Assembly: GCA_046757165.1 (NCBI GenBank)
Contig: JBHHXT010000088.1
Coordinates: 1 to 18,985, forward strand
Source of the DNA: a bacterium
GTDB lineage: Bacteria; Zhuqueibacterota; Zhuqueibacteria; Oceanimicrobiales; Oceanimicrobiaceae
Direction of reading: 5' to 3'
DNA length: 18,985 nt
Below the pieces are notes generated by a model. It saw only the letters and a list, made by a program, of their open reading frames with translations, made no database searches and was not told the DNA's origin. This document shows, in pieces, positions 16,393 through 18,985 of the stretch. How positions within the stretch are numbered: position 1 is the first letter of the stretch; each line of letters starts with the position of its first letter. The position numbers and the translations under genes are program-made.

Positions 16393-16553
16393 CGGGGCTG
16401 TCTAAAAAGGCCCCCGTGCCTGCCATTTCGAGCGAATGCGAGAAATCTTTTTGCGGTATAAACAATTGTTTTCCAAAACCCTAAGGTTGGTGCACAGTCA
16501 GATTCCTCCCTTCGGTCGGGATGAGACATTTCGGGGCTTTTGGGACAGCCCCG
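16393..16553. mobile_element. MITE-like non-autonomous element with terminal inverted repeats enclosing a REP-like pair
   Basis: Left end CGGGGCTGTCTAAAAAG versus right-end reverse complement CGGGGCTGTCCCAAAAG (15/17 match). Inner imperfect inverted pair at 16421-16448 and 16500-16526. No transposase. Confidence 0.6.
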
Positions 16554-16590
16554 AAGTTAGCCATCCCAGTTCTTGGGAGAAGATTCTTTC

Positions 16591-16839
16591 ATGACCGAAT
16601 CTAAGAAGAAATACACAGTAAAGGAAGGTCAGTATCTGGCCTTCCTTTACTACGATACCAAGCTCCATGGGCGGCCTCCTGCGGAGGCTGATCTGCAGAG
16701 GTATTTCAGGGTAACACCGCCTACGACACATAGTATGATAGTCAGGCTACACAGAAAGGGCTTGATTGAGCGTGAGCTGGGGAAGCCCAGGACCATTCGG
16801 AACGTACTCGAACGAAAAGATCTACCCGATCTTGTGTAG
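16591..16839 (+). CDS. Small winged-helix DNA-binding protein (LexA-N/MarR-like)
   Basis: YT.KEGQYLAFLY..TKLHGRPPAEADLQRYFRVTPPT.HSMIVRL.RKGLIER..GKPRTI matches the LexA-DBD-like wHTH pattern. No peptidase domain; 82 aa. Confidence 0.8.
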   Translation: MTESKKKYTVKEGQYLAFLYYDTKLHGRPPAEADLQRYFRVTPPTTHSMIVRLHRKGLIERELGKPRTIRNVLERKDLPDLV

Positions 16840-16872
16840 ACCACTTTTTTGAACAACCGGAAAGATAGACGT

Positions 16873-17433
16873 ATGAGACCCCGCTGCGAATGGGCCGGCA
16901 GCGACCCGCTTTATCTCGAATATCACGACCAGGAGTGGGGTGTGCCCGTGCATGACGAGCGCAAACTCTTCGAGATGTTGATCCTGGAAGGGGCCCAGGC
17001 GGGCCTGGCCTGGATTACGGTGTTGAGAAAGCGAGAGAACTATCGGCGAGCCTTCGACGGTTTCGATGCCGTCAAGATCGCTGACTATGGCGACAGGAAA
17101 ATCGCCGGGCTGCTGGCCGACAAGGGCATCATCCGCAATCGCCTGAAGGTCCATGCAGCCATCAAGAACGCCCGTGCGTTCCTGGCGGTTCAGCAAGAGT
17201 TCGGCAGTTTTGACGCGTACATCTGGCGATTTATCGCCGGCAAGCCGAGGAAGAATACTTTCAAGATGCTCAGTGAGCTGCCGGCACAAACGCCGGAATC
17301 GCAGGCCATGAGCCGGGATCTGCTCGAGCGCGGTTTCAAGTTCGTAGGCCCGACTATCTGTTATGCGTTTATGCAAGCGGTCGGGATGGTCAACGACCAT
17401 GTTGTGGATTGCTTTCGCTACCACGAAGTCTAG
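16873..17433 (+). CDS. tag: DNA-3-methyladenine glycosylase I
   Basis: RCEWA, YHDQEWGVP, LFEML.LEGAQAGL.W.TVL.KRE, IIRNRLK and GFKFVGPTICYAFMQAVGMVNDH...C. Confidence 0.96.
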   Translation: MRPRCEWAGSDPLYLEYHDQEWGVPVHDERKLFEMLILEGAQAGLAWITVLRKRENYRRAFDGFDAVKIADYGDRKIAGLLADKGIIRNRLKVHAAIKNARAFLAVQQEFGSFDAYIWRFIAGKPRKNTFKMLSELPAQTPESQAMSRDLLERGFKFVGPTICYAFMQAVGMVNDHVVDCFRYHEV

Positions 17434-17481
17434 GCGCCTGGCGCCAGACATCGACAACGCGAAGAACGCTTTTGCGGGGTT

Positions 17482-17558
17482 CACACGGGGCAGAAACCCA
17501 CACGGAAGAATATCCAGATTCAATTTCAGAAATCCGTGTGGTTCTTTGATCCGTGTGG
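17482..17558. repeat. Palindromic REP-like element downstream of tag
   Basis: CACACGG twice (17482, 17499) mirrored by TCCGTGTGG twice (17533, 17550), with 17-nt periodicity on both arms. Confidence 0.65.
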
Positions 17559-17888
17559 CATATCGTACCTTGTCGCCGAACGGTTTCCTTCTCCCATCGC
17601 AAATATTTAGAAAATGTGATTTTGAAATTCGAGCATTTTTTGATAATATACGCTTTGCAAAGCACACATTACGCACTTTCGTGATCTTGCATGTAAGCTT
17701 ATTCATTGTATTTCGATAACGTAAGTGTTCATTGGTACGGATGGAACTCACGGTTTCCAGGGAAAGGCATCTTAGACATTCTTCATCAAGCCCAGAGTTT
17801 GCCCTCATACAATTGTTATCCGCTTAATCTCTTTTTGAGTTGTTTGCTTACAATCTAGACCAAAAATTTCATTCACAAGAGGCGAAAT

Positions 17889-18985
17889 ATGTTCAGAACA
17901 CGCTTTCTGGTATTATTTCACATTTCCAAGCCGGAAATGAGAAGTCATATCGCCGGGCGAACGACCAGGCCACCGGGCCGGTCCGGGACGTTCAGCTTCT
18001 CTTTCCTGGGGGTGCTGCTGTTAGCAACCACGGTTTATGCACAAGCCCCGCAAATCACGGGGTTTTCTCCCGACAGATTTACTTTGACAAATTCGACGGC
18101 AGTGGGGGTTTCGGTGCAATTTGACCGTGCAATCGATGCTGGCACGATCAATGATCAAAACTTGCTGATTTACGGTGAGCGTTCGGGCTATCATTCCGGC
18201 AGTTACGCCTACAACTCCGGAACGCGTACCGCCACCTTTACGCCGAGTATCGCGTTTGAACCCGGCGAGCGCGTCACGGTCATACTAACGCAGGGGATCT
18301 CGAGCTCGACCGGCACCCCACTGGACGTGGGGTTCGTGTGGGAGTTTTATGTTCAAGCTTCAGCCGGCACGGCAAAATTCACGCTCGATTCCACCTACTC
18401 GACCGGCAAGAAGCCCAACTTTGTGGCTGTCGCTGACATCAACAATGACTCCCACCTCGACATTGCGGTCGTGAACTCCAACGACGATGACGTGCTGACG
18501 ATGCTCAATATCGGCAACGGAGATTTTAGCGAAAACGCGCGGCCCGGCGCCGGCACTTTGCCACGCGCCGCGACCCTGGCTGACTTCGACAAGGATGGCG
18601 ATCTGGACATGGCGGTGGCCAACGAAACCGATGACACCGTCACCATTTTCAGCAACAACGGCGATGGCACCTTTTCGGTACAGGAAACGCTCGCCACAGG
18701 AACCAGCCCGGTCTTTGTGACCCACGGTGACCTGAACAGTGATGGTTTCCTCGACGTGGTGGTGGTGAACAAGGGCACCAGTCGCGTCGCCGTGTATTTG
18801 AACGACGGCGCCGGCAGTTTCGACGCTCCGAACGATTTTGGCGGGGTCCAGTCTCCGGAGATGGCGTTTGTCGCAGATTTCGATAACACGGGCAGTCTCG
18901 ACCTTGTTGTCACCAGCACAAACAATGACAAGGTGGCTCTGCTGCTGAACGACGGCACGGGTAGTTTTGGCACCCCGCAGACTTT
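17889..18985 (+). CDS. Secreted protein with Ig-like (Big_5-type) domain and FG-GAP/VCBS repeats (partial, runs off the window)
   Basis: Open frame from ATG 17889 (GAGG RBS; alternative ATG 17937), absent from the ORF track because it has no stop in the window. Signal FLGVLLLATTVYA|Q, Ig-like VSVQFDRAIDAGTI...TATFTP...F.PGE.VTV.LT.GI, and repeats ADINNDSHLDIAV, ADFDKDGDLDMAV, GDLNSDGFLDVVV and ADFDNTGSLDLVV. Confidence 0.9.
   Translation, partial: MFRTRFLVLFHISKPEMRSHIAGRTTRPPGRSGTFSFSFLGVLLLATTVYAQAPQITGFSPDRFTLTNSTAVGVSVQFDRAIDAGTINDQNLLIYGERSGYHSGSYAYNSGTRTATFTPSIAFEPGERVTVILTQGISSSTGTPLDVGFVWEFYVQASAGTAKFTLDSTYSTGKKPNFVAVADINNDSHLDIAVVNSNDDDVLTMLNIGNGDFSENARPGAGTLPRAATLADFDKDGDLDMAVANETDDTVTIFSNNGDGTFSVQETLATGTSPVFVTHGDLNSDGFLDVVVVNKGTSRVAVYLNDGAGSFDAPNDFGGVQSPEMAFVADFDNTGSLDLVVTSTNNDKVALLLNDGTGSFGTPQT

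Noticed and set aside
16822..17808. 328-aa minus-strand ORF
   Set aside because: Antisense shadow of tag plus intergenic repeats, with no recognisable motifs.
18360..18973. Minus-strand ORFs of 121 and 192 aa
   Set aside because: Antisense shadows of the plus-strand FG-GAP gene.

Overview
Bacterial genomic window of moderately high GC. The gene mix suggests a Gram-negative FCB-group-like lineage such as KSB1/Calditrichota, but this is inference only. The left 13 kb is on the minus strand. In transcription order it holds a Gfo/Idh/MocA oxidoreductase and an NtrC-family sigma54 activator with a terminator. Next come a consensus sigma54 promoter with a candidate enhancer, a 405-aa protein resembling a very divergent ECF sigma factor, a small zinc-binding anti-sigma (HxxxCxxC) protein and a terminator. 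A near-consensus sigma70 promoter then drives a tightly packed operon. It begins with two receiver-DUF4388(PatA-N) proteins, both with Glu at the phospho-acceptor site, and two MglA/CvnD-like GTPase folds without a P-loop (one fused, one standalone). It continues with cystathionine beta-synthase, cystathionine gamma-lyase/synthase, an HExxH peptidase-MA-like protein, TsaC/Sua5 and a low-molecular-weight phosphatase. The right part is on the plus strand: a HEAT-repeat/cyclophilin lipoprotein (apparently leaderless), a heptamer tandem repeat, an uncharacterised lipoprotein, a MITE/REP-like element, a small winged-helix protein, 3-methyladenine glycosylase I, a second palindromic repeat, and the start of a secreted Ig-like/FG-GAP protein that runs off the window. 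The best candidates for undescribed systems are the pseudo-receiver/DUF4388/pseudo-GTPase module and the sigma54-driven sigma-like/anti-sigma pair.
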